The translations under genes were made by a program, and so were the position numbers. Shown in pieces: positions 1 to 12,300 of a stretch of 64,000 bases of DNA; positions within the stretch are counted from its first letter, which is position 1, and each line of letters opens with the position of its first letter. The notes under the pieces were generated by a model. That model saw only the letters and a program-made list of their open reading frames with translations, did not search any database and was not told the origin of the DNA. The DNA is from Tetramitus jugosus (Eukaryota > Protista > Heterolobosea). The DNA lies in the NCBI GenBank assembly GCA_937625935.1, contig OW569345.1:620001-684000 (forward strand), in the 5' to 3' direction.

Positions 1-122
1 CACAACAAGAACAGAATCACACTGTCGTCACTGCAACTACTACACCAACAACAACAATAGCAAGTGAGGAAAATGAGAATTTTTGTGACAAAAATGATGA
101 AAAACAAACAACAACAACTGCA

Positions 123-2720
123 ATGGCAGTCGTAGTAGTACCACTGGCAGACAATCATTCAGAAACAGAAACAACAATAGAAACAGAAGAAGAAGCAAAT
201 GCTGTTCCATTGCTGTCTTTTTCAGTACCTGCAATAGTGTCATCACCATCTTCATCATCTCCACTACTGTTTTCAGAAGCAGAAAAAATTTTGAAAATTC
301 AAGAAAATGTCATTGCCGAACTCAACTTGGAACAAATTCATGAAGATGATGATGATGATCATAGTGATGTCAGTAATGATAATGATAGTGACAGTGATGA
401 AACCAGTACGAGTAGTCATAGTGATGCCAACAATACAACAGTCATTGAAAGAACAAGTCATGGGAATCAAAGTTTGAACAACAATGATGAGGAGTCAAAT
501 AATAATGATGATGACGCTTCCACTGTATCTTCTCTTTTTGACAGTGACTCTGACAGTGACACCGATTTCGGCGAAAATATCGGAGAAAAAAAGCCAAATG
601 CAGCAACAAATCAGAACAGGAATGAAAACAAGGATAACAAGACAACGACGTCGTTAGATGAGGAGCAATTTGTGCAAGTGGTCAATCACAAGAATCCACT
701 CATTTCATCAGTGATCAAAATTCCAAAACTTCACTTGGGAGACATCATTGAAGAAACGATTCAAATTCTCAATAGCAAAGACACGATTGAAACCACCGTT
801 TACACGGATGGTAGTAGCAGCAATCTGAGCAATTTGAGTAATAGAAGCAATCGAAGCAATGGTAGTCGTCGTAGCTCGATCGTCTTACAGAATAGCAGTA
901 CGAGAGAAATGGCTTCACCATCGCCCTTTTCATTGCCTTCGTTGGAACGAATGTACAACAAGGAAATTTCGGCGTCGTCGACGTCATATCCTCATTACTA
1001 TCATTCGTCGACGGGCACGACAACGACAACTGCGACTGGAGCATTGAATTCCTTTCGCAGTGATCGTCCGTCTCTCACTCGAAAGATATTTACGATACCT
1101 GCATCGGTGATTGAGCCGTCATCTTCGTCATCGTCATTGTCGTTGTCATCGTCTTCATTGTTGAGTCATTCTGCTCATCATGACCACGCTGCTGTGACTC
1201 ATAACGATGATAGAGAAGCAGAAGAAGCAGCAGAAGAGGGATCATTGACACCTAGGCCATTATCATCATCCTTTTCTTCTCAGTTCAACAAGGGTTCATT
1301 CTCAATGTCATCATCGTCTTCATCCATGTCGCGGCACTCATCCTCATCGTCCATTTCATCACTATCATCCTCCATGTTTCTGCTGCACGATGATTTGAAC
1401 TCGTTTGATTTTTCGTTGAGTGACAAAACTCCAATGAACAGTGCAAGAACAGATACGAGTCGATGTAACTCTGCAAGGAACAGTGAATCGTTTGTGCATC
1501 CAACGAATTTGTTGAGTACGAGTGGTGGTGCAACGAGTTCGTTTTTGACCAGTGGTAGTTATCAGACACCATCTCTGTTGTCAAAGAAGAGGAGTCATGA
1601 GCGTATACAGAGCTTCCAGGCTCATCACCAATCAAAATCGTTGCCAAGCAGTAACAATACTTTGGCTACTGTTGGCAGTGCAATTATACAAGAGACAACT
1701 CCTGCCGCTACTAGTAAGGGTAAGGACTTGAGAAATGCGACGTACCAAGGAAACCACGATTCATTCACCGTGTCAGATTTGCGAATACGACCAAAAACAG
1801 TGAGTTATATGAACAATGATCCTTCTCTGCCTTCCATTGATTCACACAGTGCTCGCAAGAGTCTCTATTCTTCATACAAGATGAGCACCAATCATAATAA
1901 GCAGATGAGCGGTAATGTAGCTGTCAATGGTGATCATCAGCCATCACCCTCCATGTTCAGCATGAATTCTCCACAATTGTCATTGTCCAACAATAGTCGT
2001 TTCATGAAAGCTCATTCCATGCCTGAGCAAATGATCCACAGATTCAATCATGGACAAAAGAAAGACGACTCTCCATTGAAAGATCATATAGAGGATATAT
2101 ATCTGAAGAGTTATTCGAGTCCTGACATGATATCACACTTGTACAAGGGAATGGACCACGACACGGCAAATGATGCAGAGACTTTGTTGGCTCTGTCACA
2201 AACGCTGACGAATATGATCAGAAATGACAGTAATAGGCTTCTGCTGGCATCGGATCTACATGGAACCTCGCCTCTCAGAGACAGTCCACTTCCAGATTCA
2301 TACGAAGACACCGACTATAGTGTGACATCAACATCTTCCACATCTTCTACAATCAGCATCTCTAAGAATGTCTTGGACAATGTGGAACTAGCGGCACATT
2401 ATCTGGGATTGGCGTCCGATCAAATAACACAACAGAGGAAGAAGAATAGCGACTTGGTGAATACGTTGGCACAATATAAGCAAGAGAATCAACAATATCA
2501 AAGATTGAAAGAGCTCTATGCACGGTCGTGCGCTGAAAAACAAGAATCCGAAGCTCGACTAACACAGTTGCAAACACAGCTGACCACTGCCATGGAAGAG
2601 CAACAGAAGATTGAGAAATCAAATCGGGAACTAGCAAACGAGCTATCCAAATTGCGTACTGATATGCTCGAGTGCCAAAATCAAATGCAAAGCCAAAAGA
2701 AATGTTGTATTATAATGTAA
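123..2720 (+). CDS. Ser-rich disordered protein with C-terminal coiled coil and CaaX box
   Basis: 865-aa ORF; Ser/Asp/Asn low complexity; heptad-like Q/E/L/K region in the last ~110 aa; ends KKCCIIM*. Confidence 0.8.
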   Translation: MAVVVVPLADNHSETETTIETEEEANAVPLLSFSVPAIVSSPSSSSPLLFSEAEKILKIQENVIAELNLEQIHEDDDDDHSDVSNDNDSDSDETSTSSHSDANNTTVIERTSHGNQSLNNNDEESNNNDDDASTVSSLFDSDSDSDTDFGENIGEKKPNAATNQNRNENKDNKTTTSLDEEQFVQVVNHKNPLISSVIKIPKLHLGDIIEETIQILNSKDTIETTVYTDGSSSNLSNLSNRSNRSNGSRRSSIVLQNSSTREMASPSPFSLPSLERMYNKEISASSTSYPHYYHSSTGTTTTTATGALNSFRSDRPSLTRKIFTIPASVIEPSSSSSSLSLSSSSLLSHSAHHDHAAVTHNDDREAEEAAEEGSLTPRPLSSSFSSQFNKGSFSMSSSSSSMSRHSSSSSISSLSSSMFLLHDDLNSFDFSLSDKTPMNSARTDTSRCNSARNSESFVHPTNLLSTSGGATSSFLTSGSYQTPSLLSKKRSHERIQSFQAHHQSKSLPSSNNTLATVGSAIIQETTPAATSKGKDLRNATYQGNHDSFTVSDLRIRPKTVSYMNNDPSLPSIDSHSARKSLYSSYKMSTNHNKQMSGNVAVNGDHQPSPSMFSMNSPQLSLSNNSRFMKAHSMPEQMIHRFNHGQKKDDSPLKDHIEDIYLKSYSSPDMISHLYKGMDHDTANDAETLLALSQTLTNMIRNDSNRLLLASDLHGTSPLRDSPLPDSYEDTDYSVTSTSSTSSTISISKNVLDNVELAAHYLGLASDQITQQRKKNSDLVNTLAQYKQENQQYQRLKELYARSCAEKQESEARLTQLQTQLTTAMEEQQKIEKSNRELANELSKLRTDMLECQNQMQSQKKCCIIM

Positions 2721-2758
2721 AATAGTGAAATCACTTAACCAGCAACAACACATTGCTT

Positions 2759-3874
2759 TTATAATTTACTTGCCAACATGGGTCTCTCTTCGTTTGCTTC
2801 TTCACTCTTGTCCGAAGCCAGAGCAAAATTCGTTCTTCTGGTCCACGGTATATCGCTCTCATTGCTCAAATACAGTCTACTTCCGCGCAATATCAGATCG
2901 TTCATCATGTGTTGAAAGTAGTCCTCTGGCACGAATTCAAAATCTTCAAACACTGAATATCCAAACTCTAGCATAAACATTTTCACCAAATCTGAATCAA
3001 TATACTTTCTATTCTCCTTGGCTGCATCAATGGGCAGCTCTGGAACATCCAACACGAGCAACAACAAGTCAACACACGGTTCCTGCTCCTCACTCAATGG
3101 AGGTTGAATATAATCGAAATCAACCATTCGATAACCAATCCGTCTCATGATATTGTGTCGCTTGGAAGCGTCCATGACACCGTCATGAACTCCCCATGCA
3201 TTCGTCTCTGCAAAAAACACTGAAAAATCTCGTTCATGTCCATCCTTGTTCCGCCTTCGCTTCTCCTTACACAATCGTGCTTGCTCAAAGTACTCCAATT
3301 TGTTCTTGTCCGATTGAAACGTACCATTCAACAACTGAGTCTCCCACTCTTCCATTTCTCCATTTTGCCACCTCGATTTCTCCAACTGAGAATAATGATT
3401 GGCAATATTGGTCTTAATCTCATGAAACGCACTCAACGTCATGTACTTTCCCACTCCACTCTCCCTGTACAGTTCATTGACCATAAAGTAGGACAATAGA
3501 GCACAATTACTCAGCTTGTAGTACTCAAAAACGGTCGCCGCAATAATCCTTGGAATTCTAGGGTTTGTCTCCTCCTTGTACCTCATATCAAATGCAATGC
3601 AAATGTGCATGTCGGGCAATAATTTTTGAGATGGATTTTGTCGATTGTCAGGGTGCATATTACCGATCCATACTTCAATAGGGTCCAATTCGTCCTCGAT
3701 GGGAAAATACTTTTTCATGCAATTTTCATAGAAATGATGCAACAATTCTTCGTTCCATTCTTCTCTTAGATTAATGATGCGAACAAAGGAGGGAAGTGGT
3801 TCATTGAAGTGAACTGGTTTGAGTAGTGCGCCGCCGCTAGAGGACAACGTCTTCGAAGAGGATGTCATGCTCAT
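2759..3874 (-). CDS. GNAT-family N-acetyltransferase-like protein
   Basis: Motif A-like LLSYFMVNELYRESGVGKY and C-terminal RRIGYRMVDFDYIQPPL; first ATG at 3874. Confidence 0.7.
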   Translation of the reverse strand: MSMTSSSKTLSSSGGALLKPVHFNEPLPSFVRIINLREEWNEELLHHFYENCMKKYFPIEDELDPIEVWIGNMHPDNRQNPSQKLLPDMHICIAFDMRYKEETNPRIPRIIAATVFEYYKLSNCALLSYFMVNELYRESGVGKYMTLSAFHEIKTNIANHYSQLEKSRWQNGEMEEWETQLLNGTFQSDKNKLEYFEQARLCKEKRRRNKDGHERDFSVFFAETNAWGVHDGVMDASKRHNIMRRIGYRMVDFDYIQPPLSEEQEPCVDLLLLVLDVPELPIDAAKENRKYIDSDLVKMFMLEFGYSVFEDFEFVPEDYFQHMMNDLILRGSRLYLSNESDIPWTRRTNFALASDKSEEANEERPMLASKL

Positions 3875-3985
3875 GTGATCGATCACAGGTATGGTGGTAT
3901 GGTTGTGTTTTTTGTTGTGTGAAATTTTTTTTTGTTGGAAAGTCAGATTCGGGATAATTCACCTAAGTGGGCTTGCACTGACATG

Positions 3986-6232
3986 TTAGTGCTCGTGGTC
4001 AGAGAGGAGCCTGGCAGAGTCTCTGGTGGTCATCTCTCGGAACATTTTCTCCAATTCGAGTTTTCGTTCTTGGGAGAGCTCTCCTTCGGTGTCTTGGGTG
4101 GTGGGAGGAGACTGTGAGGAGTCTTGCGTTGTTGACGTTGGTCCCCTGAATGCTCGCTTCATTTCTTCTGCATTCTTCTTGTGGAATTCAAAACGTTTCT
4201 CATAGTAGTTCACCTTTTGTTCCTCTCGTTCAAAGAACTTTTTCATCATGGCCTCTTCGTCTTGAACTATCTTTGTTAAGTTTCGAGGTACTTCGAGAAT
4301 GTGTAACACACCTTGACTCGTTCCGACTGCAACATACTGACTATACTTGGTGTTCAACTTTAGAAACTCTATGCAGGTTAATTCAACATTTTGATACACT
4401 GAATGCTCGAGGCTAGGACTGTGGCTCTTGTCCAAAAAGTCCCAAGCTTCAAGAACACCATCTTGTCTTCCTGCAAATAATACACCTGGCCTTGTGGAAC
4501 TCCAAGTACCACTCGTGAGATAACAATCTCTAAAAGGAGAGGTCCATATTGGGCTCTTACAACCAGACTTCCATATGTGAATCTCATAAGTACTGATAGT
4601 CAGGATAATGTCTGGGAACTGTGGATGGGTTTCCACTGTGTGAACCATACTGAAGTGCTTTCTGAATACATTCTTGACGATGTTTGTGTTGTTGAATGTT
4701 TTGTATGATCCATGTTCATCATCCAACATTGCACTCTTCTTCTCAACAGGGCTGATGTCTGCATATACGAACTCTCCATCTTGGGTGCCAAGATACAGAC
4801 CTGTATCTGGTAAATACTGCATCGAACAACACGTTAGGGGTGCAGAGTTATCCAATGCCCAAACATTCCAAGCGTTTACAGGTATCCATTTGCCTCGTAG
4901 CCTCTCAGATTTCATTTTGATAGCCTTCTTACTTGGCAGAACAAATTCTTCGTTCTTGTCCCAAACGAGTAACTTACCATCGGAGGAGATAGTGAAGAAT
5001 TGATCTGTTGTCGGATGAGATATCAGATCTCCCGAATCGTTGAATACTTTGTTGTGAATCCAATGAATGGAATATACTGGACCATCATGCGATGCCTCTA
5101 TGAGCGATAACTGTCGATAAGGAAGTGTTTTGATTTGGGGTGGAACCTTTTCTTTGCCAGTCATATCTATCACTCTCTGCTCAGTTTTGTTTGCATCATC
5201 TAGATTCCATAAGATAATTTGTCCATTCACTAAACCACCGATTAAAAGCTTAGGATCCGTAGGATTAAATTCAATACACTGTACATCGCATGGCGCTTCC
5301 AGGACGACCTGCGGCCATATTGGGTCATTGAAATTCCAAACAATCACATAAGATGATTGGTGAAGTGTAAACAATTCTGGGTTCGATTTAGAGTCACCTC
5401 CATATCTTTTATCCACTGATCGTCCATCTACGCTCCCGAGTGCGACAATCCCTTTGGCTCTCGGTTGCCAATGAATTGAAGTAATTTTCTTCTTCTTCGT
5501 AAACTCTGAGTTTGATAACCCAGCATGTTCTCTGAGCTGAGAGTTCGTCTTTTTATCAACAAATGCATCATCTAGAAACAACTTAGAAAAGTCATCTTGG
5601 AATATTTGTATGTTGATATTCTGCTCCAGGGCTTCAGTCATTCTATGCAGAGATAATTGTTGGGTTACAAAATAATCAATGTCTAAAATTCATCACGAGT
5701 ACGGAAAAACTTACGGTTGTTCAACTTGTTTCAAAAAGTGAATCATATCCTCTTGCCCACCAAGTAAACAATGTTCAATTTGGTCTTCGCTCACGGATGA
5801 AGTCACCGAAACTTGTGTGGCACTGTTAATCGTTCTAAACCAAGGAGTTTGCATTCCATGATCCACTGTCTCAACTGTCCACTGAACTCCGAAGTCCCTC
5901 TCTTTCCGCATCTCTACGAACCTTGGATCCTTGAAGCTCGGTAAGAATCGAAAGGTGTCCATTGTATCGACCTTACGGCTCTGTAAGGGCTTCCCAAAGA
6001 ACTTTCTCTTCTTATAGAACTTAACATTGATCAGATAATCTCTGCTGTTTTTGATGCGCTCTGCTAATATTTCCTTCTCACTCCCGTAGCTCTTCCACTC
6101 CACGATTGGGGCGGGACTTAAACCTCCATCAACATCTGGAGAAGTTTCCTGCTTTGATTGTTCTATATCCTGCACATTATTTTCTTCCACCCTGGAATCA
6201 GGTCTTTTTGGGGTTGCATTCCTGTTGTTCAT
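3986..6232 (-). CDS. DNAI3: Axonemal dynein intermediate chain WDR63/IC140; 2 exons (6232-5715, 5642-3986)
   Basis: WD40 repeats, WSSTRPGVLFAGRQDGVLEAWDFLDKSHSP, FFEREEQKVNY; 72-bp GTAAGT...TAG intron 5643-5714 joins the two track ORFs in frame (VEQP/MTEALEQN). Confidence 0.88.
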
Positions 6233-6368
6233 GCTATGTCGTGCTGTTCTTCTCAACCCTCCACAACAGTAGATATCAAGAGCGGCAAAATTTCATTTTC
6301 CCGTTGCCGGCCGAAGAAAAGAGAAAAAATTGCATGTTCAGACCCCGAACACAACAAATCAAAAGCAC

Positions 6369-7358
6369 ATGACTTGCGCCATGGACGCCAATACGATCAT
6401 TTCGAATCACCTTTTCCCCCTTTTGCTTGCATTTTATCTTGGCTTCAGTGGATATCGTAAGAAATCTCTGGACTTGAGTGGTGCTCTGAGTGCAATGCTC
6501 GTTGGTTACTTTACACTGAGTTGTGGCCTGTTTGAAACTATTGTTCTCCTCTTCTTTTTCTATAGCTCGAGCAAACTGACAAAGTACAAGTCAGATATCA
6601 AGAAACTGAGAGAAGATGGATTCGTAGAGGGCGAAGGTCATCGTAACTGGGAACAAGTGCTTGCGAATGGAGGTTTTCCTACATTGTTGTGTCTGTTGAG
6701 TAAGATTTGGCTCAGTGCAACTCAAGTTGGATCAACTGGGGTGAATACATTGTTGTTTGATTGCATGATTCAATCTGTGAACAGTAATGTTCAAGTGTGG
6801 AGGGTATTCTTGTTGTGGGCATATGTGGGAACGTATTGTGCAAACTGTGCGGACACATGGTCGAGTGAAGTGGGAATATTGAGCACGGAGGAACCAAGGT
6901 TCATCTTGGCACCGTGGAGAAGAGTTCCATACGGAACGAACGGAGGAGTGAGTGGCAAGGGATTTAATGCAGCAATGATGTGTGGTCTCGTCTATGGTAC
7001 AATCACTGCATCCTATGTATTTGTTGAATTGATGTTGAAGCTGGTAGTGAAGGGTGATAGCTCCGTTCTGGATGTGTTGCATCATTATAGAATACCTGTT
7101 CTCTCAATTTTCTTCCTTACTGTGTTTGCCTCGATGTTTGGCACATTGTTTGATTCAGTGTTGGGTGCCTTGCTGGAGTACTCTGGATTTTCCAAGCGTA
7201 AGGACAAGATTGTAAAGGAATATGACGAGAGTGAAGACTTTAATGGAAACCTTGTGCACATATCTGGACTTAATGTGCTCAGTGGATGTGAAATTAATTA
7301 TCTGTCTGGGGTAGTAACCGGTCTATGTACCGGCTTGCTTGCCGTGTACATTTTATAA
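6369..7358 (+). CDS. TMEM19: TMEM19 / DUF92 membrane protein
   Basis: KKSLDLSGA, FFYSSSKLTK, RNWEQVLANG, ADTWSSEVG, VPYGTNGGVS, DSVLGALL; start ATG 6369 or 6381. Confidence 0.92.
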   Translation: MTCAMDANTIISNHLFPLLLAFYLGFSGYRKKSLDLSGALSAMLVGYFTLSCGLFETIVLLFFFYSSSKLTKYKSDIKKLREDGFVEGEGHRNWEQVLANGGFPTLLCLLSKIWLSATQVGSTGVNTLLFDCMIQSVNSNVQVWRVFLLWAYVGTYCANCADTWSSEVGILSTEEPRFILAPWRRVPYGTNGGVSGKGFNAAMMCGLVYGTITASYVFVELMLKLVVKGDSSVLDVLHHYRIPVLSIFFLTVFASMFGTLFDSVLGALLEYSGFSKRKDKIVKEYDESEDFNGNLVHISGLNVLSGCEINYLSGVVTGLCTGLLAVYIL

Positions 7359-7420
7359 CTATATTTATCGTTAGTAATTCTATATACATCTGATGGTAGA
7401 AGATTCATAGGCAGTGACAC

Positions 7421-8890
7421 CTAGAAGACGATCAACTCCGTCCTTTCTAATTCATCTCGTCCGAGTAATGTTGCTCCACAACAAAACCATCGCCTCAACA
7501 TTTCAAGGGAAACAAGTCTGCAGGAGTGTGTCCACAATCGAATTTCCCATATTGTATGAAGCACACTGAGGCATAGAATAACATATCCTTTTGTATAAAC
7601 TGTGTCCAGTAATATGTGGATTAGAACTGCACAGAGCCACAGTGTCGCAACCATGAGCCACTCTACTATGATCCATACAGTTACTGACTTGGGGAACTCG
7701 TATTTGACATAGATCGACAATAATAGAACAGTAAATAGGATTCCACACATCATGAAGATTGCATCGACAGGGCTGAGCCATAAGGACCAAGCGATGGGAA
7801 CTAGTTTGTCTAGCTTTATGCAAACCAATACCAACATTGCTTCAACTGTCAAGAAATCAACTGTGTAATATACCTTGAATATTTCCTCTAGGTTAAAGCC
7901 CTCGAAATCATTCAACAAACGAAGAAGATCCAAAAGATGAATGATCCATTCAACTCCAATCATTACGAATAATGGGATACAACTTCTCAAGAAGCTGTCC
8001 TTAAATGGTTCAACTTGCAATGCCTTGAGGTGAAAAAGCACTGCTCCTAGTAGAGAAAGAGATGCTGAAAGTGGTTTGAGAATGAGATTGATGATACCTA
8101 GTATTATCAATGATCCTTTGTTGTGGACTCCGGCTTTCGCCAAACAAACATGATGTACCTGTCTGCTGATTCTGATCCCATAAACGAGTGCAATATAGAG
8201 ATACACTATTGTAAATATAATATTCCAATTCGTGTGGTACGTGTCAGTTACGTTGAAAGCTATGAGAAGCACCGCGACGATAAACAACATGTTAATGACA
8301 AATCGACTGCAAAGTTCCAATAAGAGCGTCCTCTCAAAGCAGACGAGACTTCTTTGTAGATTAATCTGGGCCATCTCTAGAGAAGGCCATCTACTTCGAA
8401 GTGTGGCTAGATGGCTTACAATTGTCGAAAAGTTGGCTCTAACTGAATTTGGTTCTGTAATCCAGTGTTGGATGCTCTCGTGGACTAGAGGTGACTTATC
8501 CTTGATAATGGCTTGCTTTAAGTCGTCCATGGATCGTGAATTGAGATTCAAACCATGTTTCTGAGAGAGACTTCTCCTTACTGTTGTCAAGTTATTAGAT
8601 AAGTTTTTTACAGCAATATGGTTGCTGTCAAATAAGATTCCATTGTGGAAAAGAAAGCTCTTGGGCAATGTGGAGTTCTTGAATGTGAGCCACTGACTCT
8701 CCCAATATTCATCGTCCAATTCGATGATCTCATTTGTTTGCCTACTTATTAGTCTCCAAGTTAATCTATCGTTGAAGCTCAGGAAGCTTGCAACGTTTGA
8801 GAGTGTATCAGAAGGAAGGTCTAGTAAGTTGTTGCTATTGTTCATTGGTGTTGTTTTCTGAATGTTTTCTAAAGCATTCACAGAATTCAT
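7421..8890 (-). CDS. F-box protein with multi-pass Tmemb_185A-like membrane domain
   Basis: F-box LLDLPSDTLSNVASFLSFNDRLTWRLISR; about 7-8 hydrophobic segments including IKLDKLVPIAWSLWLSPV; start uncertain (8890 or 8845). Confidence 0.65.
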   Translation of the reverse strand: MNSVNALENIQKTTPMNNSNNLLDLPSDTLSNVASFLSFNDRLTWRLISRQTNEIIELDDEYWESQWLTFKNSTLPKSFLFHNGILFDSNHIAVKNLSNNLTTVRRSLSQKHGLNLNSRSMDDLKQAIIKDKSPLVHESIQHWITEPNSVRANFSTIVSHLATLRSRWPSLEMAQINLQRSLVCFERTLLLELCSRFVINMLFIVAVLLIAFNVTDTYHTNWNIIFTIVYLYIALVYGIRISRQVHHVCLAKAGVHNKGSLIILGIINLILKPLSASLSLLGAVLFHLKALQVEPFKDSFLRSCIPLFVMIGVEWIIHLLDLLRLLNDFEGFNLEEIFKVYYTVDFLTVEAMLVLVCIKLDKLVPIAWSLWLSPVDAIFMMCGILFTVLLLSIYVKYEFPKSVTVWIIVEWLMVATLWLCAVLIHILLDTVYTKGYVILCLSVLHTIWEIRLWTHSCRLVSLEMLRRWFCCGATLLGRDELERTELIVF

Positions 8891-9391
8891 TGCCGAGCTT
8901 TTAATTTCATCAGTTAAGCGGTTGGGGAGGTTAGAGTAGGTCAGAAAGGGTGTGTAACTACTAATGAGAACGCTCAAACATATGATATTAGAACTGAGAT
9001 TCAGCCAGAAGTATCTAGCGAGCAAGAGACCAATTCAGAGGATTATAACCTTCTGCTTGCCGTAGAGAAAGTGAACCGTCACTGGTTTGGAAGATTTACG
9101 GAGGAGTCATCAGATCTCGTGATTGAGCTCCATCAGATAGAATCTTCTCCGAACGGCGAAGGAGAAACCTCGACCTTTTTTGAAGGATGACGCAAAGTGT
9201 CCCAAAATCTCACTTTCCCAAAGAACTTGGTCGAGAACAGCCGAAAGATTAGCAACCTGTCATTCTTTTTTTGACCCATCAACACTGAACAACACAACCT
9301 CCACCATAAACAAACAAGAGTTAGCTGCTCACCACACTCCAACAACAGACAGAAACAAAAAATCGAAAAAAAGTAGCACATTTCAATTGGA

Positions 9392-12300
9392 ATGACCGCA
9401 TTGCATCCACATCCCCATGTCGAACAACACCAGCACCAACAAACATCGTCTACTTCTCCCAGCGTTGGTGAATCCACTGAGTCCTCCGCCAGTTACGTTG
9501 TTCCACCAAGGCGGAGATTAAGACCTCGCTCCACTTCATCTGCAATGCCCATCCTGTTGCCAACAACTTCTTCTTCATTCCTATCGTCATCACCACCATC
9601 TTCCACTGACACCTCCACCTCTACCTCTACCTCCACCCCCACCCCAGCATCATCAACAACACTTGCATCATCACCACCATCTTCATCATCAAAAAAATTT
9701 TTCTTGTCTCTCGAAATACCTCCCTCCTCCTCTTCATCAGCTTCTTCACCACGCATGACCCATTTTTCCTCCCATGCAAATGCTCTCAACAACAACCAAA
9801 ATCAACAATCTAATGTATATACTAACAACAACAACAACAACAAGAACTACAACAAAAACAATGCCGCATCAACTTTATCAGCACGAGCAACAACAACCAG
9901 AAGCAGTAACAGTAACAACAATATTAATAATAATAATGACAATATGAGACAACTAAGAACATTCTCATACATTTACAATGAAGTTTCCTATCGAATCACA
10001 GTTCCCATCAGTGCTGCTGCTATTGCTGCTACAGCTGCTCCTGACGTTACCAATTCTTCTTCACATGCTCAATCATCTTCAACATCTTCATCAACATCAA
10101 CATCAACATCAACAACATCAACAACATCAACATCGTATGCTTCAACAAAAGCTACAACTGCCAAACCAACAACAACAACATCAACAACAGCTCACAACAA
10201 TCATCATGATGCAAATCATGATAGCTTAGTGCCTGTTCCACAACTAGAAGTTTTCAACATTTATAGCAAAAAGTGGGAAATTGCAACATTGACCACCATT
10301 ACGACAAGTGTGAGAAAGAGACATAAGCGATCTGCGTCCATGGATGATTCTCAACAGTCATCATCATCATCATCAACACTCAATAATAATAATAGCAACA
10401 ACAATAGTGAAGCAACAGGTGAAGAAGAAATGAGTGTTTTTAAGAAGGCATTGTTAGCTTTTCAGAGAAATGGTGCGTCGTTTACGAAACCGTCGCTCTT
10501 GCAATCATCATCGACATCATCGACATCATCATCATCGTCGCTGTTGACTTCCGTGTCGCAAAAAAATAATCTCGAACAACACAAAAATAAGAGTCCCAAG
10601 AGTGGCGCATTAAGTCATCTCATTACAACGCACAATGAAAGCAAAGCGTTGAGTCGATTGAGGAACAATGATGCGAAAATGGTGTTGAATCAAATTCAAA
10701 AGCACGATATTCAACTACCACCAAAGATGATGCAAATTGAGCGAGATTTGCAACTAGAGTACGACGATGATCGTCACTTGTCATTTAGAAATTTACCAGA
10801 AGACACGATTCATTACATTTTAACGTTCATGGAAACATGTTTTGATCAGTATAGTCAATTTGAGTTGAGTGATCTGTATGGTCGATTTAACAGAACATGT
10901 ACACTGCGATTTTTGCATCCGAATATTGCATTGAACTCTAGTGTGAGGTATCTGTATGGGAAGAAGCCTGGTTTTCAGCGTGGTACCATTCGTACATTGA
11001 TGCGAAATGTGGTGCACTTGAAGTTTTATGGAACGAGAATGAACCGATTCCTGCTACAGTTCTTTGCCTCTCTAAAGAGTGATGGTATTGAGACACCGTT
11101 GCTTCAATCGATCAAGTTACCAATGCATTTCACGAGCACGAGTCTCTATACGCCCATCATTGGAACTCTCATTTCAAATGGATCCATATTGCCTGGTGCG
11201 ACAACGACAGCTGACGGATTACCGAATGCAGGTGTGGTGAACGCTGCGGTCACAATGGACGAACTGTTGAACTTGATACCGATTTATGAGTTTATGATCG
11301 AAAGTGACAAAAAAGCGAATACGGCCAGCAGTACGACGACCAGTGATTCATCGCAAGAGGAGGAAGTTAGTGCTAGCGATGAATCGATTCAAGCATCGAA
11401 GACTGGACAGGGTAGTGAATCATCATTGACTCCACTTACCTACAAGAGCCTTTTGACCAATATGCAACTTTTGTCATCCGGTGGCTCTATTCCTGGTTTC
11501 TTGAATGATTACTATAGTCATTTTGATAATATCACTGATTTGAGAATTCAACTAACGACAGGAGATGTGCTCACCATTCAAATGATACAATCCATAATGA
11601 AATCAGGCAATCTGCGCAGGTTTAGATTGGAGAGTTCGGTTGCGATTGATGCTCCTCCTGGCTTTTTCAAGTATTTGCTCACAAAATGCCATACAGAACA
11701 AACAGAATTTGGTGATGATACGCTATCAGAGGATCCTGATTTGCCTGATTATGATATGAGTCCTGTTCCAGTTCGTAGAACATCCTCATCGCTTCAAGTG
11801 CTTGAGTTAGACAATATCTATTTGATCGGAAGTGTTTTAGCTGGTATGGATGTGAACACAACACTCCAGTATCTCAGTATTCGTTATACATGTAATCCAA
11901 ATCACATGTTTTTACTCGGAAGAGGCGACGCTATTCTCATCAATCGCAATCGGTCCCTCAAGTATCTAACAGGAGATTTGTCCGTGACACCAGAGTTCCT
12001 CACCCAGTTCTCATCAAGATCACTCCAAGTCTTGCAGTTGTCTCCAAAGTTCGTACCGAATACAGTTGCTGGGCCAAAGGTCGCGACTACGAATCCTCCT
12101 GCACCACCTCCAACGAACATTATTGCCAACGGAACGGTCAGTGGTCTCATCAATGGACTACTGAATGGAAAAGGGCTCTTATACACTGCTCATGATCAAC
12201 GTATAGCTTTACCTCACCTTTTGAAATGTCCTTGCCTGACAGAGTTGTACATGCACTGCGATCAAATTGATTTCGGAGTCTCTGACAACTCTATCAACAA

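Noticed and set aside
9820-10410. AAC/TCA/ACA tandem runs as satellite or CRISPR-like arrays
   Set aside because: They encode poly-Asn/Ser/Thr tracts in frame; no repeat-spacer structure anywhere in the window
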